From Octopus bimaculoides (lineage: Eukaryota): DNA of 64,000 bases. How positions within the stretch are numbered: position 1 is the stretch's first letter; each line of letters starts with the position of its first letter. The stretch covers positions 38,291,612 through 38,355,611 of the forward strand of contig NC_068986.1 of assembly GCF_001194135.2 (NCBI RefSeq), in the 5' to 3' direction. Both the position numbers and the translations under genes were made by a program. This document shows, in pieces, positions 36,735 to 49,726 of this stretch. The notes below the pieces were generated by a model. That model saw nothing but the letters and a program-made list of their open reading frames with translations, was not told the DNA's origin and searched no databases.

Positions 36735-36960
36735 TTCATCTTTTACTTGTTTCAGTCATTAGACTGTGGCCATACTGGTGCATTGCTCCGCAGAATTTTT
36801 TTCTTTCCATGTGAATCAACCTCTGTACTTTTGCTTAAGCCTGATACTTATTCTATTGGTTTCTTTTGCCAAACTGCTAAGTTACAGGGACATAAACACA
36901 CCAGCACCAGTTGTCAAGTAGTGGTAGGGGACACACAGACATACACACACACACAGATGT
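36735..36960 (-). mobile_element. SINE type A 3' half
   Basis: Reverse complement of 35400-35590. Confidence 0.8.
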
Positions 36961-37001
36961 GTGTGTATATATGTGTGTGTATACACGTGTGTGTGTATGT
37001 T

Positions 37002-37048
<47 letters not shown>

Positions 37049-37376
37049 NNNNNNNNNNNNNNNNNNNNNNNNNNNNNNNNNNNNNNNNNNNNNNNNNNNN
37101 NNNNNNNNNNNNNNNNNNNNNNNNNNNNNNNNNNNNNNNNNNNNNNNNNNNNNNNNNNNNNNNNNNNNNNNNNNNNNNNNNNNNNNNNNNNNNNNNNNNN
37201 NNNNNNNNNNNNNNNNNNNNNNNNNNNNNNNNNNNNNNNNNNNNNNNNNNNNNNNNNNNNNNNNNNNNNNNNNNNNNNNNNNNNNNNNNNNNNNNNNNNN
37301 NNNNNNNNNNNNNNNNNNNNNNNNNNNNNNNNNNNNNNNNNNNNNNNNNNNATATATATATATATATATACACACA

Positions 37377-37664
37377 CAATGGTGGACTGGGTCTAAATAT
37401 ATTGGTTGCCAGGAGACCAAGGGGGCCCACCTGCAACTACAGGGGTCTCACCCACAACTACAAATCTATCATTTAATTTTTTTTTTTGTTAGACGTTTTC
37501 TTTTCAACTGTCTATAAACACAGCCAGGCTGAAATAATGCATTCTTCCAGGAGTGAATAAAAGACTTCTCAAACTTGAGGGGATGGGCCTCCATATATGG
37601 ATTCTAATGGCGCAGGGGCCCACTTGCCATTAGGCAAGCTGGCAACCTGGGCAGTCTGCCACTG
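37377..37664. mobile_element. hAT-like MITE
   Basis: Imperfect TIRs CAATGGTGGACTG / CAGTCTGCCACTG; sits in a (TA/CA) tract so the TSD cannot be read. Confidence 0.5.
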
Positions 37665-37910
37665 TATATATAATGTGTGTGTGTGTGTGTATATATATAT
37701 GTGTGGGTGTGTATATATGTATATAATGTAAACAGAGTTAGTGGTTATAGTAACCGACTAAGGGATAAAATATCCATATATACTATCGGTATATATATTA
37801 TGTCACCTATTTTGTTATGTCATGCTTTGTATTAAAAAATATGCTATAAATGTGGTCCAGTCGATGTGTTGGTTAATCTGTGGTTTTGTCCATTTTCTAA
37901 TTATTTGCAT

Positions 37911-37929
<19 letters not shown>

Positions 37930-37941
<12 letters not shown>

Positions 37942-38105
37942 GATGAGATTCTCTTAGTTACCATCTACCAAATCCACTCACAAGGTTTTGGTCAACCCAA
38001 GGCTATAGTAGGAGACACTTGCCCAAGATACCATGCAGTGGGACTGAATCCGAAACTGTGTGGTTGGGAAGCAAGCTTCTTACCACACCCCCATGCCTAT
38101 GCCTA
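37930..38105 (-). mobile_element. SINE type A/B head (tRNA + CORE)
   Basis: Reverse complement of 35194-35360; ends about 110 bp before exon 38213. Confidence 0.8.
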
Positions 38106-38212
38106 TATACAATATTTTTATTTTATGTAAACAGTATTGGATTTGTATCTGAAAACAAACATTACTTGGTATAATGTAAAACAATGAATATGGCTTCTGT
38201 TTTCTTTCCCAG

Positions 38213-38410
38213 GTAAATGTTGGATGGATGGTTTAGAACTGGCTTTACGTTGTACTAGCTTACTCATGAAATCGATGGTGAAGGACCAAGAAGTTACCCC
38301 CTCAACTGCAAGTCCTGAAATATCTGATTCCTATTTAGATTCTTCATTTCAAACTGAAAGCAACGATCAGCTTGATGAAAGTGATTGTGAAAAGCATTTT
38401 GCTAATCAAG
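38213..38410 (+). CDS. OSBPL8: End of PH domain + linker (GKCWMDGLELALRCTSLL...EKHFANQ)
   Basis: CWMD.LELAL.C.SLL motif; cccAG acceptor, CAAG|GTAATG donor; phase 1 both ends. Confidence 0.95.
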
Positions 38411-39198
38411 GTAATGGTTATATCTAATTCGCTCAATTGGTCGTAATCTCTAGTTAATCTGTTTTCCATTGACTTAATGTAATTGCTTAGTTCAGCATTT
38501 CATTATTTAATTTTCAGAATAAATAAACGAATGGAAAATAATTATTTGCATGTTGTTGCAGCACTAGAAATTGCAAATGCTTACAATATTTTTTTGTTTT
38601 TTAGTTGCTGAGCATATTTGTAATCAGAAATCCTATAACTGAAAGTGTATAGTTCTTTAGAGTATATACTTTGTTCGAAAACTTAAAGAGGATTTATATG
38701 TGAAGATAAGAAGCTTGCACTGCTTCAAATTAAGATGAATTTGTGCATGAGTGTGTTTGTGTGTATAGATATAGATCATGGGTCACTAAAGGGAGTCCGA
38801 GGGACCCCCTAGGGGTTGGTGAGGAATTACAGTGGGGTTGATGATAGCCAAGGGGTCAAATGGGGGTCGGCATGTGAAAGACCAGCTCACCCAGATGAAC
38901 TGATTGAAATACTTAGTCAGTGCCATGAAATGTGGGAAAACATGATAAATTTTCACTGCAGCGAGAAGTCTGCTGTTGCTAATATTTGAGGCCTGATGTA
39001 ATCTGTATTGCAATCAAAGATTGAGAGGCGAGATTGAGGGGATGCAGACTGTCAACTGTTTGCTTATGGAAATGTCCAGGCCTGTTAGGGGAGATAAGAT
39101 GTTAGATACATATCTCATAAACGTTTTTGTTGGTTAGTCATTGTAGGTGTTGGATTTGTGAAGCTGGAATGTTGGTCACTTGAACACTATGCTATCCT

Positions 39199-39537
39199 TT
39201 GTGCTGTGGTTGTCTCTCTATCAACAAACTGTCTGATTCGAGTGTCAGTATTGTGGCGACAGCCTTTTTTGAGATCAGAAGTCTGAGTAACTTTTGGTAC
39301 AATAAGAAAACAAGTGAAAGGTACCCACACCATAAAGTGGCAGCTGAGCCATTCCTTCTGGCATTTCCCAGCTCTTACATGGTAGAAGCTGGCTTCAGCA
39401 ATGCAAATGCAATCCTCAGCAAACAGAGGAATTGCCTGAACCTGGAGGAACAAGGGGATTTGAGACTGAAACTGACCAACATTCAGCCTGATATTAAAGC
39501 CTTGATTCAGGATTATCATGCTCATCCTTCACATTGA
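39199..39537 (+). mobile_element. hAT (Buster/Charlie-type) transposase C-terminal remnant
   Basis: FW..K...YP......FLLAFPSSYMVEAGFS......KQRN.L....GDLRLKLT.IQPDI......AHPSH* matches the hAT dimerization-region motif; no upstream catalytic region recognised. Confidence 0.8.
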
Positions 39538-41691
39538 TGTCAATTTCAATAAAAGATATTCCAGCAATATGATGCGCTTTTCACATTTTCTAAAACCATG
39601 AAAGCAATTTCATAAAGATTGAAAGTTTAATGCTGTATACTCATACACATAGTTTTAAATGTAAAAAGTGTATCATTTTCAATAGAATTTCTTAGTTGTA
39701 CATATATATTTTAGCTAACATTTTAATCACCAGCATCAGTACCCAGTACATATTTAAGATATGGTATGGTAGGGTAGTGTATTAAGGTATTGTAAATGAG
39801 GAAGGTTGTTGATGGGGAAGGAGAAATGGATAAAGGGGGTTGATGTGGAAGGAGAAGTGACTAAAAGGGGTTGATAGATGTGGCCATGTGGTTAGAAGAT
39901 TTCTTCCCCACTACATGTTCTCAGATTCAATCTCCCTTGTGTAGCACCTTGGTCGAGTGCCTTCTGCTATAAGCCTGGGCTGACCAAAGGCTTGTGAGAG
40001 GATTTGGTTGATGGAAACAAAGAAACAAAAAAAAAAGCCCATTGCAAATGTGTGTCCGCTTTTTATTGTTTCCTTTGCCTTGACATTCCATCAATGAGTG
40101 TCATCGTCATGCAAGTGGTGATCTTCATTCCTAGTCTTCTGTGAAAACATCTGGTTATGGGGAAATATCAATTTACTTGGAAAAAAGGTGAGGGTTAGCA
40201 ACAGGAAGATCATCCGGTTGTAGAAAATCTGCCTCAGCAAAATTCCATCCAACTAATGTGGCCATGGAAGTGTGGACATAAAAACCATGATGATATTTAT
40301 TTATTTATAGATAGATAAATAGATTCAGTCACTCATTCATTCATTCATTATACATGATTAGATCATTAGCTTTTACGATTGTGAGTCACTTCCTTCTAGG
40401 GATTTTAGTAAGTTATGTTCACCTCAGTAACTTGTCAGAGACAAAAGGCAAATTGACTTTGGTATAACATGAGGAAACTTAGTCAATATTGATAAATATA
40501 AAGTATTAATGAGAACACCCAAAACCAATATTTTTGCACACACACACATACACACAACAGGGTTTCATACAGTTTCTGCCAAGAAATTCCACTCACAAAG
40601 CTTTAGTTGGCCTAAGACTTCCATTGAAGACACTTGCCCAAGATAACACCTAGTGGTACTGACCCTGGAACTGTTTGATTATGAAGCAAACTTTGTGACC
40701 ACATAGCCTGGATGTTAAATGATGTTGATATATACAGACACACACTCACATATGTGTGTATCTTCACCATCATTGTGGCATCCAATTTTTTATGCTTGAA
40801 TGGGTTAGATTGAATTCATTGAGGTTGATTTTTTTTTTTAGTCAGATGCTCTTCCTGTTGCCAACCCTTACCTGTTTTGAAGCAATGCAACATTTCCCCT
40901 ACCCCTTTCAACATGGACAGCTCAATGACCAATTATATTTTTACAAATGATTGCAGGCAAATTACACTATTTTGTATGGAGTGGTAATTGTCCATCATCA
41001 GCATACCAATGTCAAGGCAAGGAAACACAAACACACACATGCACACATACAGAAACAGACACACTTGCTCACTCTAAAATTATGGAATGAATTGATATTC
41101 TCTGAATATGAAAGGAGTTAGTTCATTTTATGATCTGCATAGAGCCTTCTTGTATAGGAAGCCTCTCATCTCCAGATCAAAATGAAGTGAGATTTACTTT
41201 GTTTTTATTGACTGTTTCACTAATCAATCTGCCGTTGAAAACAGAATTGATCTTCTGATATAACTTAGCATTTACCAAAAGCTCAAGGTCATTCAACAAC
41301 AACCAAATAAATAAGTAATTAAAAAAAATAGTACATCATGTTTTTTTTTTCTCTTTCTACAAATGGCAACTCTTTATCTCCAGATATCTTTTCTTCCTCA
41401 TATACAAATCAATAACCGTCTAATCATGGAAGATTCAGGAAATTAGATAATGTTTCTGATCAAAATTATGCTTGGATTAATATATGGTATTCCTGTGAAT
41501 AATATACCTGAAATTTGGTTGTGATGTAAATACAACTATTTAACATTGATATTAGTATTATTTATGATGTTTGCAAAGGAGAAAATGGTTGGGGTATAGA
41601 TAATTGGAGGTGAATTGATATGTTATTAAAAATCTTTTGCTAAAAACGTGCATGAGATGACCTTTCTTTCTTTGATATAAAATCACCTGTT

Positions 41692-41923
41692 TTAATGCTT
41701 TAGTGTTTAATTAAATCCTCCATATTCAACCCAAATATTCTATCTGTAGTATGTCCAAATCAGCCAGATCCAACCTGTCACACCTATCCTACAATGTCAT
41801 TGCAACAATAAAGAATCACATCATTGAAATCTCAAAACTACAAGATAATGCATTGATTAATTCAAAACAATGTGAATAAATAACAATACATTTGACAAAA
41901 TAATCTGAATGCTAAAGGGTTAA
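41692..41923. mobile_element. piggyBac-type MITE family 1
   Basis: Ends AATGCTAAAGGG TTAA; left terminus degenerate. Confidence 0.75.
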
Positions 41924-42164
41924 AGTATTCTATATAAACTCAACAATTTAATGATAACTTAGAGACTTATTCAGTTAAAAGCTAAAGGGTGGTGAGTATT
42001 ATTATTTATCTGTAGCAAATATGGCTCCAGTCAAACCTCACTCTTTTCATTCATCATTTGTTATGGGTGGGGGACTTTAGCAACTTCTTTTCTAACAGCT
42101 ACAGAGCACTTACTTTATTCTGTCCACCTTTTTTCTTATTTCTTTTTTATTTCATTTTATGCAG

Positions 42165-42322
42165 GTTTGGATGAAGATTGTAAAACTGATAGGGATGAGG
42201 CAAAAAGTGAATTAGAAAGTGAATTTAGTAATTCTGAAGAGGAAGAATTCCGACAATTTAACGAGGATTTAGAGCCTGTGGAAACAGTTTATTCTGAGAA
42301 TGAGCAAGAAGAGCTTGGTTTG
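42165..42322 (+). CDS. OSBPL8: Acidic linker exon (GLDEDCKTDRDE...EPVETVYSENEQEELGL)
   Basis: gcAG acceptor, TTG|GTAAAT donor; acidic composition and EP..T.Y.E...EELG resemble ORP8. Confidence 0.92.
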
Positions 42323-42774
42323 GTAAATAATAACAGTTACTCATTCATTTTCTTTCCGTACATTGTTTTTGATATATGTTAGCCTTTGCAATGTTTGACT
42401 ATTTTTCTTGGTAACCACTTTAAGTATTTATTTTGTAATAATCCAAGACTATATTTTAGTGGTTGGGTTTGTTTTTCTGAACAGTTGCTAAGACTTCTAC
42501 TTTTATATCTAGGATGAATTACATGCATGCATATGCACATGCTCTCTTTCTCTCTCTTTTTTTTTCTATCAGTTCATGTCTCTCTCTGTCTCCCTCTTTT
42601 CATCATTATATTTCATTTAACATCCATGTCCCATGCTGGCATGGGCTATGTAGTTTGACAAGATCCAATGGTTTACAGAGCTTCAGCGTGCTCCAGTATC
42701 CACTTTGGCATGGTTTCTTTGGCTAGATTCCTTTTCTAACACCAACCACTTTCCAGTGTATCTTTCTCTCTCCC

Positions 42775-42998
42775 TCTCTCTTGTGTCTTGGCATATGCTG
42801 TTGACAAATCATGGCTTGTTCCTCCTCCATTTATTTCTGTCTCGCAACATCACTCCGCACGTTCATTCTCTTCCTCATCCAGTCGAACATCTTCATTCTC
42901 TGCCTTCCTCTCGCTCTCCTTCCCATCAACTCAGTCTCCACCATGTAACACTCCATTCCATCATCCTCTCTGAGAAAATGACCAACAAATCTCCACTG

Positions 42999-43029
<31 letters not shown>

Positions 43030-43600
43030 GTATCCATCAACTTCACTTTCATCTTCTTCAACACTTCCACATTCATTACCCTCTGTACCCATGAGATTCT
43101 AAGCATTTTTCTATAAAACCAAATTTCTGAAGCTTTGAGTCTCTTCTCCATGACTTTGCTTATCATCCAAGACTCACATCCATACGTTAGCACCAACCAG
43201 ATGTAGCACTTTAATAGTCTTTTCTTAACTTCCATTCCAATTCTCTTTGCACAAAAAATGCTTTTCATATCCATAAAAGTCTTCTTTGCTAATCCAATTC
43301 TGCACTTGATGCCCTTATCTTACCTTCCATTTGATGTTATCCAACTTCCCAGATATATGAAACTGTCCTTCTGCTCTATCCCAGTTCCATCCAGCATCAA
43401 GCAACATTGAGGAGGTTTTCTGGTAGATAATTGTCAATCCAAGCTTTCCACTCTCCTCAGTCACAATATTAATCATATTAATCAATCCCTGAAGCTTCTC
43501 TTCTGTGTCTGCAAACAAAGCCATATCATCTGCATGCCTCAAATTGTTATAATTCCTTTCCCCCAGTTGTAGCCCTGCAATTGTCTTTTATCTTGCTTAG
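42775..43600 (-). mobile_element. RTE LINE ORF2 3' fragment (second RTE subfamily)
   Basis: NNLRHADDMALFAD (YADD box), LTYGCESW, EIWFYRKMLRISW, FVGHFLR, GRRARGRQR; frameshifted. Confidence 0.9.
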
Positions 43601-44559
43601 AGCTTTCTCACTATACAGGTTGAATAAATCCGGTGACAACTGTACACTGGATGGTTTCTTTTTTTTTTTTTTTTCATTTTATTTCATGCCATCAGTACTA
43701 ATGTGATTGCTGTACAGCTTGCAAGCCTACAAACTTTAAGGTGAGGCAACCTTATACTCGGAAATGAGGAGTATAGAAGGGCAAAGTATGACAGGAAAGG
43801 ACCAGAGCACAATTGGTTTCTTGTTATTGTAGAGCTGCATAACTACTTCTATTTTAGAAGAGAGTATGGATGGAGGTAGAAATTGATAAAAATAATGTGA
43901 CATTTGAGTGGACATTCAAGGTATGAGGAATGGGATAGTGGGGCCAGGAAAAGTAAAAAAACAAAATCTATTATTGTGTCAGAAATAGAGAAGAGGAGGT
44001 AAAACGAAAGATATTGTGGAGACTGGCATGGATGGCTTTGTGATGAAGTTTGCTTCCCAGTCTTGTGGTTTGAGGTTTGATCTCACTACAAAGCATCTTG
44101 GTCATAGGCCTGCATTGGCCAATGCTTTGTGAGTGGAATTTGTTAGACAAAAACTGTGCAGAAGTTCGTCATATTTGTGTATATATGTTTATATATCCTT
44201 AAGTAATATATAGACATCAGCAAGGAAACTACTGCTTTTGGATGAAAATCCATTGTAATATTTGTTCTGTTTGAATTTCACAAATAATCTAATGTCACCC
44301 TCTTTCTCTTACATAAAATAATGAATTTGTGATTGACCAGCCAGAAAGAAGTAATTAGCATCACTATTGTTCACAAAATGCAATATAATATTTAGAATAT
44401 GTAATTTTTAAATTAGTATTTTTTTTGTTTTTGTTTAGGATCAGGCCAGCCCTGATGGAACATACAATTAATTAAAGGTATTTCAACCACAACCACTTCA
44501 TCGCCACAATGATGCCAGGACTACATTAGTCAATTTGTCCTTTCTCTTTCTCCCAAGAG

Positions 44560-44990
44560 GTGCAGGCATGGTTGTGTGGTAAGAAGTTTGCTTCCCAACC
44601 ACATGGTTTCAGGTTCAGTTCCACTGCATGGTACCTTGAGCAAGTGACTCCTGCTTATAGTTCTGGGCTGACCAAAGCCTTGAGTGGATTTGGTTGATGG
44701 AAACTGAAAGAAACCCGTCATGTATATGTGTGTGTGTGTGTGTGCGCACATGCATGTAATGTATATTACTGTCTCCTTGCCCTGACATTGTGTGAAGGTT
44801 GTAAACTGCTGTCACTGTCATGTATGTGGCATCCTTTGATTCCAATCTTTTGCAAAAACATGTCTGGCTATGGGGAAAATATTACATTACTTGAAAACAG
44901 GTGAGAGTTGGTGACAGGAAGGGTATCCAGTTGTAGAAAATTTGCCAGCAAATTTCATCCAACCCATGGGAATATAGAAAAGCAAAATTT
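44560..44990 (+). mobile_element. SINE type B
   Basis: tRNA/CORE head + type B body + RTE-like tail start. Confidence 0.8.
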
Positions 44991-46011
44991 AAAACTAATG
45001 GTGATAGGACATGTTTAGATTTAGCTGCTGTTTCTAGCACATAAGAAAAACTATTTAGAGGCTCCCTCATTACTTTATGAATCAACATGTTAACATTTTA
45101 ACATTCAAATTTTAGGTGCTTAAATGAATTATTCTAGATTGTAATTCCAAGTACATGTCTGTTATAATGACATGAAAGCCCTTTTCTGTTACATATTAGT
45201 GTGTAACATAATCAGCAGAGCATCAGAAAAAATATATATGTTGTTTTACTTTCTGAGTTCAATCTTACCTGGTTCACTTTGCCTTTCATCTTTCCTAAGT
45301 CGCTAAAATAAGTACCAGGAGTCAATATATTGATGGTATCCTAAAAGGCAGTACTCCAGCATAGCCATAGTCCATTAATTGAAACTACTTATTTACTTAT
45401 ATCCACTACTTCCTATGGAGCATTAGCCATCGAGGATTTTTCTTCAATGTACTTGACTCTGAACTGTCTTTTCTGCTTCTCTCCAGTTGGATCCCTGCTT
45501 TTTCAACCTTGCATCTTCTTTTTGGATTTTACGGCACCACATCATATGTTTCCCCAAAAGAAGATCTTCCTCTCACAATTTTTGTTGGTTTTGAATTGTT
45601 ATCAGTGTATTAGCTTTGCTTTTTTTTTTTTTCTAGGTAGGAGTGTTGGTCCTAGGCAAACCCATTTTTATCTATTGGAAGAGGTGGTCTATATTAGTCT
45701 TGCCTCTATTCTTTGACCTGTCCAGCATAGGAGGTGCTACCAGGAGTTTGCACTCTGTTGTTGGAGCGCTCAGGTTCATTGAGGCATGCAATCCACCACA
45801 CCACTAGAAAGTCTGGATCTTGTGGTGATATTAACTGAAGCTAGTAAATAAATAAAAGGAACACTTATCATTTAAAAATTAGAAGTTATTATAAGGAACT
45901 ATACATATTGGCATTCTATAGTGTGCCTACATTTTTTGTAAATATATATATATACGTATGTGTGTGTATATATAAAATCAAAGAAATTAACATTTTTTTA
46001 CTTTGTCCCAG

Positions 46012-46083
46012 CAGGGTGATGAATGTCAAACCGAAGAAGTTAATGATGAAGAGAAAAGCCTAATTTGGGCACTGCTAAAGCAG
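46012..46083 (+). CDS. OSBPL8: ORD start exon ((Q)GDECQTEEVNDEEKSLIWALLKQ)
   Basis: QTE.V..E.KSLIW.LLKQ motif; tandem CAGCAG acceptor (start 46012 or 46015); CAG|GTAGGT donor. Confidence 0.95.
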
Positions 46084-46367
46084 GTAGGTCTTATTTCATA
46101 TTAGAGTAATCATTGCCCTGAGTGAAGAGGCAGAATGAATTATACCTGAAATTTCAATATATTTAACGAACTGTTGAGTTGAAATCTCAGAATTTGTGTT
46201 TAATAGCATAATGCATTCAAACATTGATATAGTAGGGAAGATGAATATCTTAAAGAAATATACCATAAAATATAATATAGTGAGTCTTTGTTAATGTCAG
46301 TTTATCATAAATGAATTTGTAAGTTATTGTGTATGTTATCTGTTGTAATTTATGACTATATTTGTAG

Positions 46368-46480
46368 GTCCGGCCTGGGATGGATCTTTCAAAAGTGGTG
46401 CTACCAACATTTATACTGGAGCCAAGATCTTTTTTGGACAAGTTATCTGACTATTATTATCATGCAGATCTTCTTTCAGA
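46368..46480 (+). CDS. OSBPL8: ORD exon with lid motif ([37 protein letters not shown])
   Basis: Near-identical to ORP8; LPTFILE is the motif of phosphatidylserine-transporting ORP5/8 and Osh6/7; GA|GTAAGT donor (phase 2). Confidence 0.98.
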
Positions 46481-47332
46481 GTAAGTTGGTTACTAAAGTT
46501 ATCTTGCAAAAATGTAACTATCAAGTTTTTTACTGTTTCACTTTTGTTTCCTAATTATAGCATACCTACACGAACCCTTGTTTCAAATAGTGAAGCTAGA
46601 ACGTCTTGTTTTGATTAAAATGATAATTCAGTGCCTTTGTTAGGCTTTGAACTCATGTGCCAGAGGTTAAGCTACTAAACCATAAATATTGTAACACAAA
46701 TTAATTTAGACTTCTTGATTATTAAGGCTTTACACAATAGTATTAATAGGCTTTATACAGTAATATTATTAAGGCTTTAGTATTATTACTAATAGTCTTA
46801 TTAAGACTTTACACAATAATAAACCCTTACAGTTACATGATAAAAGAATGTGTCAACACTTCCTCCCTTTGCTAAGGAACCTCAACATGTTAGAAAGAGT
46901 AAATCACAGGCACTTTGGATAATGTGGACCTGATAATAGATGGGATGGTCGAGAGCAGAATGCTTTGGAATACAGGTCTGTTTAATCACTGCTGGCTTGG
47001 AGTTAAACAGCAACAACTTTACTTATAACAAAATTTTGTCCTATTTTAAGAGTCGTAGCCATGAATAAGATTGCTTGTAGTTTAATTCTTTACAGCCAAA
47101 CCAGTTTCTTTAATTATATGTAAGTCTATTTAATTTTGAATATAATTTTAATATGATATTCTCCAAAGAGATTTTTAATTGAAGCATTGTTTTTGGGAGG
47201 GATCCTTTTTTTAATAGTTTTTGTAAGGGTTAGGAATATCATGTTTGGGTTGTTGAGGGTTTTATTTCTTTGGGTTCATGCAAGTTATCCTCAGTATTGG
47301 TATGATTTATTAATGTATTCAATTTGGAAAGG

Positions 47333-47511
47333 TGAGGGGCTGGCAGAATCGTTAGCATGTTGGGCAAAATGCTTAGCAGCATTTCATCTGCCTTTGTTCT
47401 GAGTTCAAATTCTGCCAAGGTCAACTTTGCTCCTTTCATCCTATTGGAGTCGATGTAATCGACTTACCCCCTCTCCCAACACTGCTGGCCTTGTGCCAAA
47501 ATTTGAAACCA
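47333..47511 (+). mobile_element. SINE type C
   Basis: ggctggcagaatcgttagcatg..gagttcaaattctgccaaggtc..ggccttgtgccaaaatttgaaacc. Confidence 0.85.
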
Positions 47512-47759
47512 ATATATTTAATTTAGAAGAAATAATTACATTGTATATTAATAATTTTGATTTTTATCAGATTTTTGTTTTTTGCTTTTTAACAAAAATC
47601 AGTTTGTCATAGGAAATTAGAAACCAGTCTTCATAATGTGAAATATAATGCCATAAATTGCCACATACACAAACTCTGGGGGTTTTTTGAAGGGTTCTCT
47701 TTATTTGTTTGGTTTAGAGAAAGGATCAATACCCATGGCCTTCAGAGGCCCTCCTAGAC

Positions 47760-48290
47760 TGGTAAAATTGAGACCAATAATATTACTCCCAAACCATTAC
47801 AACTCAACACTCATGAGAAAGACAGCAAGAAGGGAATTCCAGAGGTTGATATTCTGAGAAGGAAGTGCTAGGTCTAGGGATTAGCGTATAGCCTGATGCA
47901 TTGGGTGTTGAGAAGAGAAGACACAAATGGGTTGTGAATGTTTGAATGGAAGAAGCATGACCCCCTCATCATTAGTGGTGGTAGAAAAGACAGACGAGAC
48001 AGTGCACTTGTGGGGCAGAGATTGGGGTGTCTTTATGCTAATCATAAGTGACTTTATGCTTATCAGTCAGGTGATCCTTTCATGTGTGGAGTAAAAGATG
48101 TCTGTGCTGTTTGTACAGTGGCAGCATCATCTTAGATGTGAGAACAATATTGTGGACCTCACCTGAGCTTTGAAGAGTCTCAACAGTTGTGTGGTGTCAA
48201 AGATCAGATGAAGATGACATTGGATCACCAGTTCAAATGAGTTGGCATTTTCTCCCCTAAGCAGTACACTTAATTTTACATATTCCAGTT
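47760..48290 (-). mobile_element. Degraded CR1/Jockey-like LINE 3' fragment
   Basis: Minus-strand remnants QSLPHKCTVSS and STLWNSLLAVF resemble the (SLAHRR...LWNSLP..VF) C-terminal motifs; heavily mutated. Confidence 0.45.
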
Positions 48291-48488
48291 CACCTAACAT
48301 ATAAAAAGGTACTTGATCATACTGGAATGCAATAGTTAGTAGATTAGAAGAAAAGATGACAAACAACTCAAAAAAACTTATATTTTCCCATAAACCTTCA
48401 GTAAAATTAAAACACTTGTTTTTATTAATGATTTCTAAATTGGGATGAAAGTTTTTCTTGTTTGTATCAATCACATTTGTTTCAACAG

Positions 48489-48570
48489 AGCTGTTTTGAA
48501 GGAAGATCCATACACAAGAATGAAGTGTGTTGTACGATGGTATTTATCAGGATTTTATAAAAAACCTAAG
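48489..48570 (+). CDS. OSBPL8: ORD exon (EAVLKEDPYTRMKCVVRWYLSGFYKKPK)
   Basis: WYLSGFYKKPK motif; aacAG acceptor, AAG|GTAACT donor. Confidence 0.97.
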
Positions 48571-49338
48571 GTAACTATTTTAATCCTCTTTATATTCTGT
48601 TTTAATGAGAAATTTGATTTTTTAACTTTGCTGTCTGTAATGTGTGACAACTTCTTTTCAAATCAGAGTTATGCTTTGTTTAAGAAAATTTTTCAAAATG
48701 AAATAAAAACTATAAAAATTTATGTATGAACGAGATATCCTATAAGTTTTTTTTTTACATAGTAACAGACAATACATATACAGAGCCATCTATGTATCAA
48801 ATTTTCTGTGTACGTCCATAGGAGATGTTATCCCTGGGTGAAATGCCAGAATAAATATACGATTCAATGATGTATTCACATTAAGTATGATAAAAAGATG
48901 CCTATCTTATTTTAAAACTATTTTGATTGCATATATCAGACATTAACAGAATTCAAATAAGGAGATGATGACTAGCAATGTAGGTTTCGTGGCTATTACT
49001 ATTAGTACAAGTAAGAGTTGCCTCTCTTCTTCCCAGTGTTCAATGCTGAAGAGGAGATAACTACTCGAAAATGCCTGAATCTATTGATCTGTGTAGTGGG
49101 TGTGCTCTGAATTAACCTAGTGGTGTATCTACACTTTATTGTCTGGTTTCTTCTTGGGTTAAACAATAACTATTCAGAATTCAGAGCTAAAATTATGAAA
49201 CCACTTGGTCCAGGAATTTTTTTTCCTTTACTTTGTGTACATAATTATTCTGAGCATATTTGCATTTTCCTCTAATTTAAACCTTTACCCTTTTACATAA
49301 ATTTTGTGTAATGATAAGATCCTTTAAGTGAAAGCAAT

Positions 49339-49500
49339 TTGAGAGAAAAACTGAGTATACGAGGCATCAGATGTACTGTGCAAGGAAGAAGACTGCACTG
49401 GTATGGTTATGTAATGCATATAAATGAAGACAATTGGATCAAGAGGTGTTGATCTCTAATTGTAGAGGGAACATGTGGAAGGGGTAGATCAAGCAACTGA
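49339..49500 (+). mobile_element. RTE ORF2 C-terminal fragment
   Basis: LREKLSIRGIRCTVQGRRLHWYGYVMH...VEGTCGRGR with one stop. Confidence 0.75.
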
Positions 49501-49726
49501 TTAAGGGTGTTGATGATAGAAGTTGTGAACCAAAGTATTTGGAAGTACTTAGGTCATATCAAAGAATGTTAGGTGTCACAGATGGAATGATATGAGACAA
49601 CCTTTTATGGAAAAACAAGTTAATATTATTGATTCTATGATAATTAAAATACTGTTCTTTTCACATTTTTTGATTTAATCCAACCATATGATCATACTAG
49701 TTGAGTCTCTTCTTTTATAAGCAATT

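Noticed and set aside
18286-43600. Apparent clustering of minus-strand RTE copies in the middle of the window
   Set aside because: Small numbers and an exception at 57479; not distinguishable from chance by eye.
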